A DNA stretch of 64,000 bases from an uncultured Clostridium sp. (GCA_947641575.1 CANRQN010000001.1:46380-110379); one strand, 5' to 3'. Shown: positions 22,603 to 33,183, counted from the stretch's first letter. Notes: generated by a model from the sequence alone, not told the origin. Program-made: numbers and translations.

Positions 22603-23196
22603 TTGCAAATGATAATAAATGAAAAATTAAAAAAAGAACTACATAACTTACAAGAAGAAACAGGAGTAATCCTAAATAATAATAGCTTGACAGATATGCA
22701 GATAGAAAATTACTTAAAAGGTCTTGAAAAACATAGATATATCTTGTTAAACGAAGTTAAATTATATAATAAAACAGTAGGTTTTGACTATGAAAAGTTA
22801 AAAACCATTGATAGTGAATATAATGCTGAACTTATAGATGACATATTAAAAATATATGTACCTGAAATTATGCCATCTTATAAAAATATAAAAACTCATA
22901 ACTACAAAAGAATTCTACTAAACATAGCAGAAATAACAAAACCATTTAAAAATTTATTTGAAGATCAAGTTTTTATTTATATTAAGGTATTTGATAACAT
23001 TTTAGGTTGGGATATTGATAATAAATGTATAAAACCTATTGCAGATGCTTTAATATTATCACAAGTAATAAAAGATGATAACACTTCTAAAATGTTTTAT
23101 GCGGCTAAAGGTGAATTTTCTGAAAATCCACATACAGAAATTTTTGTTATTCATGGTGATAAAATTACAGAATTTTTAGAAAATTACAGTCGCTAA
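22603..23196 (+). CDS. Hypothetical protein (197 aa)
   Basis: The ORF is clean and carries an RBS. No recognised domain. Confidence 0.4.
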   Translation: MQMIINEKLKKELHNLQEETGVILNNNSLTDMQIENYLKGLEKHRYILLNEVKLYNKTVGFDYEKLKTIDSEYNAELIDDILKIYVPEIMPSYKNIKTHNYKRILLNIAEITKPFKNLFEDQVFIYIKVFDNILGWDIDNKCIKPIADALILSQVIKDDNTSKMFYAAKGEFSENPHTEIFVIHGDKITEFLENYSR

Positions 23197-23318
23197 AAGT
23201 GTCTCATTTTTTCCAAAAAAACTTTTTGAAAAACGAGATATTTTTGAAATTATAAAACATTGTTATATCAACAATTTCAAGTTACAAGTGCGACATTTTA
23301 ATTAGTGGAGGTAAGGAG

Positions 23319-23339
23319 TTCGATAGCGTAGCTGTCGAA
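23319..23339 (+). repeat. Imperfect inverted repeat (ttcgatagc-gta-gctgtcgaa) immediately upstream of the putative relaxase gene. It is a candidate oriT nick-region hairpin.
   Basis: An 8/9 inverted repeat that lies 30 bp upstream of the 23366 gene. Confidence 0.25.
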
Positions 23340-23365
23340 TTACTTGCCATGTACCATTATATGAT

Positions 23366-24310
23366 ATGATTTATGTTTTATTAGGAGGTGTGCTTTATTT
23401 GAATTATTTTCCCAAATCTAATGAGGAAAAAGAACTGATAAAATTTATTGCTCAATATCAATACCTATATGTGAGTGATGCAAAATATTTTTTCAGTTCG
23501 ACTATGTATTATAAAAAGCGAATTCATAGCTTGATAGAAAACAATTTTTTAAAAAAGATTAAGTTAAACCTTGTACTAGGTGAGCTTGGAATAGAATACG
23601 CAAAACTTTTTAATTTTGACTATAATAAACTAAATCGAAATGCAAAGTATTTGCCAAGATTATTATATATAAGTAGTCTTGCAGCATTTTATCATAATTC
23701 TAATACTTTATCCTATACCCCATCTTTCTCCATCAAAAACAAAGAAGAATTTACATCTACTGCCAGAAGATACATAGGAATATTAGAAATTAACCATATA
23801 TCCTATTTAGCTTACCATATCCCGAAAAATAGTACAAAACAATATATCCTTTCAGTTATTTATGATATTCAAAAAGAAAAACAATACAAAAATATAATAA
23901 TACTAGCCGATGATTTATCAATGATTAATGCTAGCGAATTTGTTTTTGGAATGCATCAAGTATTACTTATAGAAGATACTCTTGTAAATAGAGAAAAGCT
24001 GCAATACCTTAACAATGTAAATTGGTCTAATGTAATACAAAAACTTTATAAAAGCAAAGTTCATTTAGCAGAATATTCTTTTTGCGATTACACCGATTAT
24101 AAAGATAAATATGTTAGCTTTTTTTATACTTTAGATACAGAAAAAGTTAATAGAATAAGGTACTTTTTATTAGAAAACAAAAATAAAAATATGACAATAG
24201 TTTGTAATAAAGAATTGCAAACTACATTAAATAAAGAACTTCCCACTTGTAATTATGACATTATAGCATTAGAAGATTATATTGAGAAAGAACACTATAT
24301 ATATGATTAA
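23366..24310 (+). CDS. Replic_Relax-like (replication-relaxation family) putative relaxase
   Basis: An N-terminal wHTH-like 'EKELIKFIAQYQYLYVSDAKYFFSSTMYYKKRIHSLIENNFLKK' resembles the PF13814 family. The gene sits directly upstream of the coupling-protein gene. Confidence 0.35.
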   Translation: MIYVLLGGVLYLNYFPKSNEEKELIKFIAQYQYLYVSDAKYFFSSTMYYKKRIHSLIENNFLKKIKLNLVLGELGIEYAKLFNFDYNKLNRNAKYLPRLLYISSLAAFYHNSNTLSYTPSFSIKNKEEFTSTARRYIGILEINHISYLAYHIPKNSTKQYILSVIYDIQKEKQYKNIIILADDLSMINASEFVFGMHQVLLIEDTLVNREKLQYLNNVNWSNVIQKLYKSKVHLAEYSFCDYTDYKDKYVSFFYTLDTEKVNRIRYFLLENKNKNMTIVCNKELQTTLNKELPTCNYDIIALEDYIEKEHYIYD

Positions 24311-26046
24311 GAAGATATGTTTTTACATATTTTTATTTTTTTGTTTTGCTTTAAATGTTATTTTAGATTTTAACATAAAAAACTACATTAAATTACTTAA
24401 TAAGTGTTTTAATAAAGACATTGTTTTAACTACAAATAATTATATACTTATTTGCTTTATAATTGCTCTTATTTCGTTTTTTATTATTATAGACATATTA
24501 CTTGTTGTTTATAAAAAACAAGACAAAATAAAGGGTATAAAAATCAAAAGTGAATACGGAACTTATGGCACTGCTAACTGGATGCAAGAGAATGAAATCA
24601 AACAAGTTTTAGGAATAAATGATGTTCCAGGTATTATATTAGGAAAATACAATTCTGATATTGTAAAACTGCCTTTTAACAGCTATTTTAACAAAAATAT
24701 TTGTGTCTTTGGTAGTAGTCGGTAGCATGAAAACAACTCGGTTTTCTATTAACTAATCTTTTGGAGCTTTCAAAGTATAAAAAGTCTATCATAGTAACTG
24801 ATCCAAAAGGAGAAATTTATCGAACTACTTCCAGCTATTTTAGAAGTATTGGATATAATGTAAAAGTATTAAATTTAAAGGATATGAAACATAGCGATCG
24901 TTGGAATCCTTTGGGAGAAAATGAAACAATAACTGATGTTCAAACATCTAGCAATGTTATTATTTCTAATACTCAAAAACACAATGCTCGGTAAAGATGA
25001 CTTTTGGCCACGAGCTGAAGAAAATCTGTTAAAAGCCTTTGAATTTTACTTTTTAGAAATGCTAATAACAAAAAATAATCTAACTAATATATATAAAAAG
25101 ATTGCAAATCGGTGATATTGGAGAAATAGACAATATTTTTAAAGGACTACCAAATGATAACCCTGCTAAAATGAGCTATAATATCTTTGCAAGTCGGTAG
25201 TGATACTATAAAAGCATCAGTTATTACAGGTTTAGGTACTAGATTACAACCTTTCCAAAATGAAGATTTACAGCGATTAACCTCTGAATCAGATATTGAT
25301 TTAACCGCTCCAGGAAAAGAACCTTGTATTTATTATGTTATAACAAGTGATGTCGACTCTAGCAATGATTTTCTCGCCTCATTATTTTTTACATTTCTTT
25401 TTATAAAACTAGTTAGATATGCAGATTCAAGACCAAATGGTAGGTGTGAAACTGAAGTATATTGTTTTTTAGACGAATTCGCTAACATTCGGTCAAATAC
25501 CTGATTTTAACAAAAAAATATCTACTGTTAGAAGTCGTGGAATTGCTTTAATTCCTATTTTGCAAAACTTAGGTCAATTTCAAAATCGTTATCCTAATCG
25601 GTCTTTCAGATGAAATAATTGGAAACTGCGATAATAGAATTGACATGGGAATTACAGATGTTCTAACTGCGGAGTATTTTTGTTCTCTCATAGGTGTAAC
25701 AAATGTTGAAAGTACCTCTATAAACAAATCAAATTCCATAGAGGGAGACTTAGCAGAATATGGTCAAAAGAATGTATCCTTGCAGCGAAGAAATCTACTA
25801 AATGTCGATGAAATAATGAGAATTCCATCACTCAGGCTAATATTAAACATACGAGGAAATAAACCTTTGTTATTAGATAAAGTAATATATAAAGAGCATC
25901 CTCTGGCAAAAAAGCTAAAAGATAGTCCTGTAAGTGAATATAATCCTAAATGGATTAAAAATATTTCCCAAAAAGTACAAGTAAAAGAAAAAGTTAATAT
26001 AAAAGTTGAAAAAAAAGAAGAAAAAATAGAATGGACTACTTTTTAG
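24282..26046 (+). pseudogene. VirD4/TcpA/FtsK-like type IV coupling protein, split by about seven single-C insertions
   Basis: It has an N-terminal TM segment and a Walker A region, 'VFGSSGSMKTTG', that appears after correction. Frame breaks at about 24716, 24743, 24988, 25118, 25195, 25490 and 25598 are all C before GGT. Confidence 0.65.
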
Positions 26047-26093
26047 TTATATGATATACTTTCAGTAAAATTAAATTTGATGCAAGGAAGGAA

Positions 26094-26333
26094 GTGCAAC
26101 TTATGTCTAAATATTTTGAGGGTTTAGGGCATTGTTCTTTAGATGGAAATTACAATTGGTGTGCTACAATTTTAGAAAATGGTGATGCTTATGCAGGTAG
26201 ACTTGATACATATAATAAAAATGTAACAAAAGTTTCAAAATTAGATGAGCAAAACTATATAATTGAAGTAAATTGTCCTAAATGCCATCGTAGAGAATTT
26301 ATAGAAAAAAATGTTAAAGATTCAAAAGTATAA
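26094..26333 (+). CDS. Small Cys-containing protein (possible zinc-ribbon protein, with CxxC at 'NCPKCHRRE')
   Basis: A 79-aa protein with four Cys/His that may bind zinc. Confidence 0.35.
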   Translation: MQLMSKYFEGLGHCSLDGNYNWCATILENGDAYAGRLDTYNKNVTKVSKLDEQNYIIEVNCPKCHRREFIEKNVKDSKV

Positions 26334-26390
26334 AATTATGATTTCACTTACCTTAAATGGTAAGTGTTTTTTATTATGGAGGTGAAATAG

Positions 26391-27185
26391 TGAACGAACT
26401 AGCAATAAAAGAACTTATGAGAAGTAAAGAAGAAAAACGAATACTGACAAGCAAAATTAGTGGTATAGAAGATGAATATTATAAATATAAAAACGAGAAT
26501 ATATCCTGTGCTATTGTTTGGTATGAAGATATAAAAATACTTATTCCTATTCAAGAGCTAGGTATATCAAAAATAAATAAGTCTATAATCAGAGGCATGC
26601 TGGGTGCAGAAATAGACTTTATTATAATAGAAATAGATACTATATCTAATATAGCAATCGCAAGTAGAAAAGAAGCTATGCAGCTAAGAGCAAAATTAGA
26701 ACTTTCAAAGCTAAAAGCTAATGATATTGTAAAAGTTAGAATAATTGCTGTAGGAATTAAGCATATTTTAGTAGAATTGTATGGAAAAGAAGTAATAATA
26801 AAAGCTAATAACTTACAACACATATTTATAGTTAATTGTAAAGATTATTATACTGTGGGTGAATATTTAAAAGTTAGAATCAAGAAAATAGATATAGAAA
26901 ATAATATATTTGAATTGAATAGCAAAGATTTTATAAAAAATCCATTTAAAGATATTCGAAAATATATCATTGAAAAACGGAGAATATACTGGTAAAGTCA
27001 TTGCTTTTCCAAAAGGTAATAGTGGTGTCATAGTGCAATTAGCTGTAACAGATATTACATGTTTAGTTAGAATACCTGCAAGATTTAATAATTATCCCCA
27101 TTATATGGATAATGTATTAATTCGAATAACTGAAATAAAACAAGAAGAAAAGCTGATATATGGGTATTTAATGAGAGTAATATAG
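26391..27185 (+). CDS. S1 RNA-binding domain protein (two S1-like OB folds). One single-C insertion lies at about 26985.
   Basis: The sequence contains 'GEIVNE..IKEL...' together with 'IVKVRIIAVGIKHILVELYGKEVIIKANNL' and 'GKVIAFPKGNSGVIVQLAVTDITCLVRIPARF'. ORFs 26357.. and 26970.. join when the C in 'aaaaaCggagaat' is removed. Confidence 0.45.
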
Positions 27186-27198
27186 GAGGATTTATTTT

Positions 27199-27675
27199 AT
27201 GATAGATAATTTAAAAATAATAAATTTTATTCAAGATTTTGGGTGTGCTAAGATAGAACAACTGCAAATTATATTTAATGACAATAAAAATACTTTTAAA
27301 TCGATTCTCAGCTCAAATATGGTATCTAAAAAAGGAACTATCATGGTTCATAATACAAAACAAATAAATAATCAAATGCTTATTGCATTAGACATATTAT
27401 GCAAATACAAAGGAAGATTTATAAACTTTCACAAAGGATATGAGCCAGTATTTATTACCTTTATTACAAAAGATAATATAAAATATCATATAATAGTGGC
27501 AAATGAAGATAATGCAAAGGGAGTTGTAAAATTAGTAAACTCTTATCCTTTATCACTTCCAATCGCTGACAAATTAATTTTAGCATTTCCAAATAAGGAA
27601 CAATTAGAAAATATAGAGTGTGATATACCTTTTTTGTATTGTATTTATCCTAGCTTAGATATAGTCAATAACTAG
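27199..27675 (+). CDS. Hypothetical protein (158 aa). It is the last gene of the plus-strand conjugation block.
   Basis: The ORF is clean and carries a GGAGG RBS. Confidence 0.4.
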   Translation: MIDNLKIINFIQDFGCAKIEQLQIIFNDNKNTFKSILSSNMVSKKGTIMVHNTKQINNQMLIALDILCKYKGRFINFHKGYEPVFITFITKDNIKYHIIVANEDNAKGVVKLVNSYPLSLPIADKLILAFPNKEQLENIECDIPFLYCIYPSLDIVNN

Positions 27676-27706
27676 GTTCAAAACACTTAAACTATAATAA
27701 AAAAGC

Positions 27707-27740
27707 AGAAGAATGAGTTTTCACACATCCTTCTGCTTTT
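27707..27740. terminator. Bidirectional hairpin terminator (gcagaag...cttctgc plus T-run) between 27199..27675 and secreted-protein gene A
   Basis: A 7-bp stem flanked by A5 on one side and T4 on the other. Confidence 0.5.
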
Positions 27741-27811
27741 GAGAAGTAAAGTATCTACTGCTTGTTAGTTACTTATTGTTTTTTTATTTCAAATGCTTTT
27801 ATAGTTATTAT

Positions 27812-28300
27812 TTAGTTGTAAGGGTAATCAGTCGCCAAAAGGTAGAACGCATATGGAGCAGTGGAATCTGCCATCCTTATGGTATAATTATATTTACCAG
27901 TAGGAAATTTACCTCCAACAAAGTAAATGGTAAACTGTCCATTAGGATTATCAGTAAATTTTTTTACTACTCCCATATCTTCTGCATCCCCTGTGAGCCC
28001 CAACAGTGTAACAATAATATCTGTGTGCGAATTAACTACCAGCGTGATATACTGTTCGGTAGTTAAAGTAAAGCTTCCAGAGTAAGATGTTTTGCCTGTT
28101 GTGGTATCTCCGTATTGAATCTCTTTGAGATCATAGACGGACTGCGTAGAAGTAGGTGCATTGTTGATTTCCACATTGACAATGCTAACTTCTTCGCCCT
28201 CATTTGTTTCAACCTCAGCTGCTGAAGCAACCATCGTACTGGAAATGAGAACGACAATTGTCAGAGCCATCGCGAGTAACCGTGCGTGCAAAGTTCTCAT
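27812..28300 (-). CDS. Secreted small protein A (signal peptide plus a mature domain of about 130 aa). It is copy 1 of a GC-rich paralogous family.
   Basis: The signal peptide is 'MRTLHARLLAMALTIVVLISSTMVASAAEVE'. Local GC is about 40%, against a window background of about 26%. Confidence 0.6.
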   Translation of the reverse strand: MRTLHARLLAMALTIVVLISSTMVASAAEVETNEGEEVSIVNVEINNAPTSTQSVYDLKEIQYGDTTTGKTSYSGSFTLTTEQYITLVVNSHTDIIVTLLGLTGDAEDMGVVKKFTDNPNGQFTIYFVGGKFPTGKYNYTIRMADSTAPYAFYLLATDYPYN

Positions 28301-28596
28301 AAATATACCTCCATAGTGTTGTGTAGATTCTTTACCTTCTCTATTACAAAAATATCAGCAAAATAGCTAACATTAGTGTAATTAAAAATCCTACTATACT
28401 ATATTAAGCATTTTATATATTATACAATAAAATATATGAGAAAGCAACAAAAGGTTAAAAAAGATATTGAAACGAATTTCATGATTGTAATAATACAAAA
28501 GTAAATTTTCCCTTCTACACAAATATTGTAAATTAATTTTCAAAAATAAGTTTATTCTTTAATTAATTTTTATTACTGTTCTTATTTTATGTAAAA

Positions 28597-28631
28597 ACTA
28601 AAAAAGAACAAGTAGACTTCCTACTTGTTCT
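28597..28631 (-). terminator. Rho-independent terminator of the protease gene
   Basis: The structure is agaacaagtag-acttc-ctacttgttct, followed on the minus strand by a T-run. Confidence 0.55.
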
Positions 28632-28682
28632 TTCAAATGAAACAAATTACTAATTAACTGCAACATTTTAATATCTAAAAAA

Positions 28683-29705
28683 CTAAGGATTAGCTTCATT
28701 CCATTGATTTCTAAGATTAGTAACTAATGTTATAATACGACGATTTGTAATAACAGCTTCTCCATAAGAAGAAAAGTCCGATCTAGTAGTAATTCCTAGC
28801 ATAATGTAATCACTATCTCTCCATACTGGTCCTCCACTGTATCCTTCGAAAAGAAGTGCATTAAACTTAAATGTTATATCGTTTGTTTCAAATATCTTTC
28901 CTCCTGATGCCCATTGGGTTCTACCATTAAATCCATAGTTACCTTGAGAAGGATAACCTGTAGCTGTTACAGAAAATTGTTTCAATTCTTCTGGATCATC
29001 ATAATGTTGAAGACCAAAGTACCCAAGATATTTTCCAATAGGTTGAGTTAATACACAAAGAGCCCAATCATATTGCTTATCCTTATTAATCATATAAGAA
29101 CTAGGGAAATAAATTTGTTCATAATTTGAAGAATATCCTTTATAATTGCCATCATCTATATTCTCGTCGTTTGCATTGCCATTATATCCTGGTCTAAAAA
29201 CAAGATTTTCAAAAGTATACCATTCCTTATCATATTCTAAGAAAGCAACATGAGCTGCTGTTAGCGCTATATTAGGTCCTACTAAGCTAGCCGAGCCACT
29301 AATAGTAGCTGAAACTTTATCAGCTTTCAAATCCCCACTTACTTTACAAGTAGTTCTATAAGGGAAAGCAGAAGTATCTGTCACTTTATTTCCTAAAGCT
29401 GCACGCATGTTGTTGGTAAATGCAAGTTTAGGAGAATATATTGTCTTATATGGATCATATGCATTTAGCTTATATGAGCTTTCTCCATTGCTAGTTTTAT
29501 AAGTAGCAACTACTTGCTCTAATTCTTCCATGTCTACCTCTGTTATTTGCTTTGTTTTAGCATCATACTTCATAATTTTTTCTTCTTCTGGCACTTCTAT
29601 TTCACCTAAACTTACAGCTTTAACCTCTCCGTCAATATTAATTATAAAAAATAAAATGCTTATAAGTATTCCAATAAATACTTTCATCTTTAAATTTTTA
29701 ATCAT
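28683..29705 (-). CDS. Secreted trypsin-like serine protease, glutamyl-endopeptidase (S1B/V8)-like
   Basis: It has a signal peptide and a catalytic triad of His in 'LTAAHVAF', Asp in 'YDWALCVL' and Ser in 'EGYSGGPVW'. Confidence 0.65.
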   Translation of the reverse strand: MIKNLKMKVFIGILISILFFIINIDGEVKAVSLGEIEVPEEEKIMKYDAKTKQITEVDMEELEQVVATYKTSNGESSYKLNAYDPYKTIYSPKLAFTNNMRAALGNKVTDTSAFPYRTTCKVSGDLKADKVSATISGSASLVGPNIALTAAHVAFLEYDKEWYTFENLVFRPGYNGNANDENIDDGNYKGYSSNYEQIYFPSSYMINKDKQYDWALCVLTQPIGKYLGYFGLQHYDDPEELKQFSVTATGYPSQGNYGFNGRTQWASGGKIFETNDITFKFNALLFEGYSGGPVWRDSDYIMLGITTRSDFSSYGEAVITNRRIITLVTNLRNQWNEANP

Positions 29706-29816
29706 TTTATTTCCTCCTTTCCTATTCTATTTATATAATTTATCTATCTAATTGTCAATATTCTTTCGTGGTACTTTTTTTGACTTTTTTAGTACCTTTT
29801 CGACTTTATATATTAT

Positions 29817-30263
29817 TTAGTTACTATTTATAATTTTAATTAATCTAATTCCATGTAATATAGGATTTTTTATTTCAATTTTTCCTGAAACTAAAAGATG
29901 TTCATTTCCTATTTTCGTATTTATTTTTTTTTCTCCCTTATCTTCTTGTTCTTTATATTCAAAATAGATAGTATCTCCTATCTTCAATTCCGAAATATTT
30001 ATTTTTCTTCCTTGATTATTTTGTAATTTTACATCTTTTATTGAAGAAATAGAAAGTACATAACTATCAGCTTCATTCTCGCCATTTCCTTTAACATAAA
30101 TATCATACTTTCCTTCTTCCCCACCCTTATTTATAGATGTAACAATTCCTGTATTATTTAACAATGTTCTATATATATTTTTTCCATAAGCTGACCATAT
30201 AATTATAATAACACTTAATATCAATATAACTACTATTGCTATTTTTTTCATTCTTTCCTCCAA
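29817..30263 (-). CDS. N-terminally membrane-anchored small protein (lipoprotein-like)
   Basis: It has a TM/signal segment 'KKIAIVVILILSVIIIIW'. The probable start is the internal Met at 30251. Confidence 0.4.
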   Translation of the reverse strand: MEERMKKIAIVVILILSVIIIIWSAYGKNIYRTLLNNTGIVTSINKGGEEGKYDIYVKGNGENEADSYVLSISSIKDVKLQNNQGRKINISELKIGDTIYFEYKEQEDKGEKKINTKIGNEHLLVSGKIEIKNPILHGIRLIKIINSN

Positions 30264-30429
30264 AAATACTTATTACTACAGGATAGTTTATCATATTATC
30301 ATAAAATTTTCAAATAAATATTCAAAATAAAAGTAGGAACACTTCAAAAGCATTCCTACCCAATAAGGGGATTCAACAATAGCATATTAACTTAGCTTAA
30401 GTAATACTTTTTTTATTTGTGTGTCACTT

Positions 30430-30906
30430 TCAATTCCACCGTGCAAAAACTGTTACACTTCCTTCAATGCCAGAAGGAGTTATCATAAGATACCATTTGC
30501 CCTCTGGAGGATTTGGTACAGTCCACATTTTGTATTCATTACAGTTTATTGTCCATTCATCGGAGTAGAGTTCTAAATCACTCCCATATAAGGACAATTG
30601 AATTGTTCCTTCAGAGCTATCGCTTGTCGCTAAAACAAAGAATTGATCTGTAAATCCCTCGTATTTAGTCAGTTCCAGCTCTAGTCCTCCAGTTTGTCCT
30701 GCTTCAATGGTAATACTTGCTCCTCTGTTAATATCCGGATCAACATCTGTTGCATTCGCTTTCTCATTGGTAACTTCGTTCAACACAGGGGTTTCTTCTT
30801 TAGCAAAAGCCTGTGTTGGCAACATTACAAAAGTCATTGCGAATACTATCAATGCCATTGCCATCAAGGTCAATGTGCACTTCCAGTTGCTTTTTTTTGC
30901 TTGCAT
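30430..30906 (-). CDS. Secreted small protein B. It is copy 2 of the GC-rich paralogous family.
   Basis: The signal peptide 'KCTLTLMAMALIVFAMTFVMLPTQAFA' resembles those of copies A and C. GC is about 42%. A perfect 13-bp inverted repeat (caataaggggatt, 30361-30373 and 30935-30947) brackets the ORF. Confidence 0.6.
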   Translation of the reverse strand: MQAKKSNWKCTLTLMAMALIVFAMTFVMLPTQAFAKEETPVLNEVTNEKANATDVDPDINRGASITIEAGQTGGLELELTKYEGFTDQFFVLATSDSSEGTIQLSLYGSDLELYSDEWTINCNEYKMWTVPNPPEGKWYLMITPSGIEGSVTVFARWN

Positions 30907-31097
30907 TTTGATACCTCCATTAGTTTGGTAGCAAAATCCCCTTATTGTGAAAAGATGATTACTTAAGCTTAGTCCTTGTATACGCTATCACAAATCAATT
31001 CAAATGTCAAATATCTTTATTTTACTTCAGCAATGAGGAATAAATTTTTTTATTTTTGCCCATTTTATAGATTATCATCATTTTTTATGTTGATTAA

Positions 31098-31185
31098 GTA
31101 GTTATCCACTTTTAACTTCATTTTTTGATGCATTATCCACATTGATATGATATTCCTCTTACACTGCAAGACTTATCCACAGTTT
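31098..31185 (+). repeat. Three direct repeats of a DnaA-box-like nonamer (TTATCCAC[A/T]) in about 90 bp, just beyond the 3' end of the transposase gene
   Basis: They are 'gttatccactttt' at about 31101, 'attatccacattg' at about 31133 and 'cttatccacagtt' at about 31171. Two of them match TTATCCACA exactly. Confidence 0.4.
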
Positions 31186-31189
31186 TTTT

Positions 31190-32610
31190 AGAATTTTATA
31201 TAACTATTTTATTTTTCTTTCGTTTTTTTATTGATTTTTTTCTTTTGTTTGTATATAATTTAACCATAAAATCTTAACTGTATTTTACCATGTACAGCTA
31301 GATTTATTGAGGTTTGAGTAAGTGTTTGTGTGATGGCTGCACTTACTTCTTTTATGCTCATTTTTAACTCTGATACATATTTTAGCCCTTTTTCTAATAG
31401 CTGTCTTATTGTATGTGCAAATTGTATAAAAAAGTAATGTGCTTTCATCGCATTGTAATTTCTTGAATAAATATGCTCTATATCAAATGTCCCGTTCTTC
31501 TGCATATTAAATCCTTCATTTTCAATTTTCCATCTCTGTCTTCCATAATATATTATATCTTCTTTATTTTTCTCTGTTATCTTAAATGACGTAAGCCACA
31601 TAAATTCTATCTTTTCTTCTTTCTTTGTTTCATAGTATTTTATTACATTTGCTTCTTTATCTCTCTTTACTTCATAATATTTTAACTTATTCCAATATTT
31701 TATTTTGCTTTCTTTTTCTGCTTTCTCTAATCCTTCTATTTCTTCTCCTAATGCTTTTAATCTATCTTTCTTAAATCTTAATATATATTCCCATTTATTA
31801 TTCCTACATACTTCCATTACTGGTTCACATGCATACAATGCATCTCCTGATATTATTATTGGCAATTTTGGATATTCCTTTTTTATTCTTTCTGCCATTC
31901 TGTAAAATGCTCTTATTTCACAATCTTGCTTTTCTACATTTTCTTTTTCATTTTCCACAAACTCTGTATCTATACTAATTACTATATCTCCTACTACTAA
32001 CTTTGCCTCTAATACATAATGGTAATATATGCTATATTCATCGTCTTGCCCTTTATTATATGTTCTCTTTAAACAATTTGGACAATGTCTTTCTTTAAAT
32101 GTTGCTAGTCCTGTCCCATCTATCACTATTTGAAAATATTTTCCTTTATATCTATATTTATCAAACATCTTACTTCTTATCAGTCTATTTACCATATATT
32201 TTTGTATTCTTCGTAATTCTTCTATATCAAGTTCTTCAAATATATCGTTAATCGTATCATAGTGTGGGATTTCTTCTATTTCTATTCCTAGCAATTTTCC
32301 TATATTTTCTATTGCTTCCTCTGTATTAAATTTTTCTGTTGTATTTCTCATACTTGTTATTCCACATAACAATCCCATTAGCCTTGTTACTGTTATTACT
32401 GACATTTGATATTCTACATAACTTTGATGTCTTGTATCTGTTAATCTTTCAAACCTTTTTATTAATTCTGGAAAATATTGTTTTATTATTTTTACTACAT
32501 CTGCAAATATATCTATCTCTTTTTTTAATTTTCTTTTTTCTGCTCTGTTCATTTTTTTACTCCTTTGTGATAAATTTCTTTTTTATTTTATCACAAAGGA
32601 GCTCTTTTGG
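31190..32610 (-). mobile_element. IS4-family insertion sequence. The boundaries are approximate and terminal inverted repeats were not identified.
   Basis: It contains a single 430-aa DDE transposase ORF. A 13-bp perfect hairpin (cctttgtgataaa...tttatcacaaagg, 32562-32599) lies in its 5' leader. Confidence 0.4.
31260..32552 (-). CDS. IS4-family DDE transposase
   Basis: The C-terminal 'YGRQRWKIENEGFNMQK' matches the IS4 Y-x2-R-x3-E-x6-K signature. Confidence 0.7.
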   Translation of the reverse strand: MNRAEKRKLKKEIDIFADVVKIIKQYFPELIKRFERLTDTRHQSYVEYQMSVITVTRLMGLLCGITSMRNTTEKFNTEEAIENIGKLLGIEIEEIPHYDTINDIFEELDIEELRRIQKYMVNRLIRSKMFDKYRYKGKYFQIVIDGTGLATFKERHCPNCLKRTYNKGQDDEYSIYYHYVLEAKLVVGDIVISIDTEFVENEKENVEKQDCEIRAFYRMAERIKKEYPKLPIIISGDALYACEPVMEVCRNNKWEYILRFKKDRLKALGEEIEGLEKAEKESKIKYWNKLKYYEVKRDKEANVIKYYETKKEEKIEFMWLTSFKITEKNKEDIIYYGRQRWKIENEGFNMQKNGTFDIEHIYSRNYNAMKAHYFFIQFAHTIRQLLEKGLKYVSELKMSIKEVSAAITQTLTQTSINLAVHGKIQLRFYG

Positions 32611-32706
32611 CTGCTTTTCTTTCTCTTTTTATTGCGAAAAATTTTTATTCCTCAAAGCTGATTTTACTTTAATAAAATATGTCTTATTCTCTCCTATATA
32701 TATCTT

Positions 32707-33036
32707 TTACAAGTTTCTTGCAATATAGTCAATAATATTTAAAAATTTTTCTTTTTTACTATCATCTAACTTTTCAAGTTGTTTATATATTTGCTTAATC
32801 ACAATATCTTCTTCCATTTCTGTTTTAATATCTTTATTATAAATTAGATAGTCCAAACTTAAATTCAATTTATCTGCAATTTCTAAAAATGTACTTAGAC
32901 TTGGCTTTCTCTTTGCAGTTTCAATATTTGACAAAAATGCTGGTGTGATATTTAATTCTTCTGCCAACTCTTCTTGTGTTTTGTTATTTTTTATTCTTGT
33001 TTCTGCAATTCTTTGCCCTATCATATTAAAATCCAT
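32707..33036 (-). CDS. XRE-family HTH transcriptional regulator
   Basis: The HTH is 'KTQEELAEELNITPAFLSNIETAKRKPS'. An AAAGAGG RBS precedes the ATG at 33036. Confidence 0.65.
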   Translation of the reverse strand: MDFNMIGQRIAETRIKNNKTQEELAEELNITPAFLSNIETAKRKPSLSTFLEIADKLNLSLDYLIYNKDIKTEMEEDIVIKQIYKQLEKLDDSKKEKFLNIIDYIARNL

Positions 33037-33183
33037 TATACCAACCTCTTTATTTAAGTTTGTATAATTATATTGCAAATTTTAGTTCTTTTATATAAAC
33101 ACAAAGAATAGTTTTTCTTTCTCATAGCATAGTTTAATAATAAAAAAAATTAACTTTCTATCTTGTAATTTTCTATACAGTTC

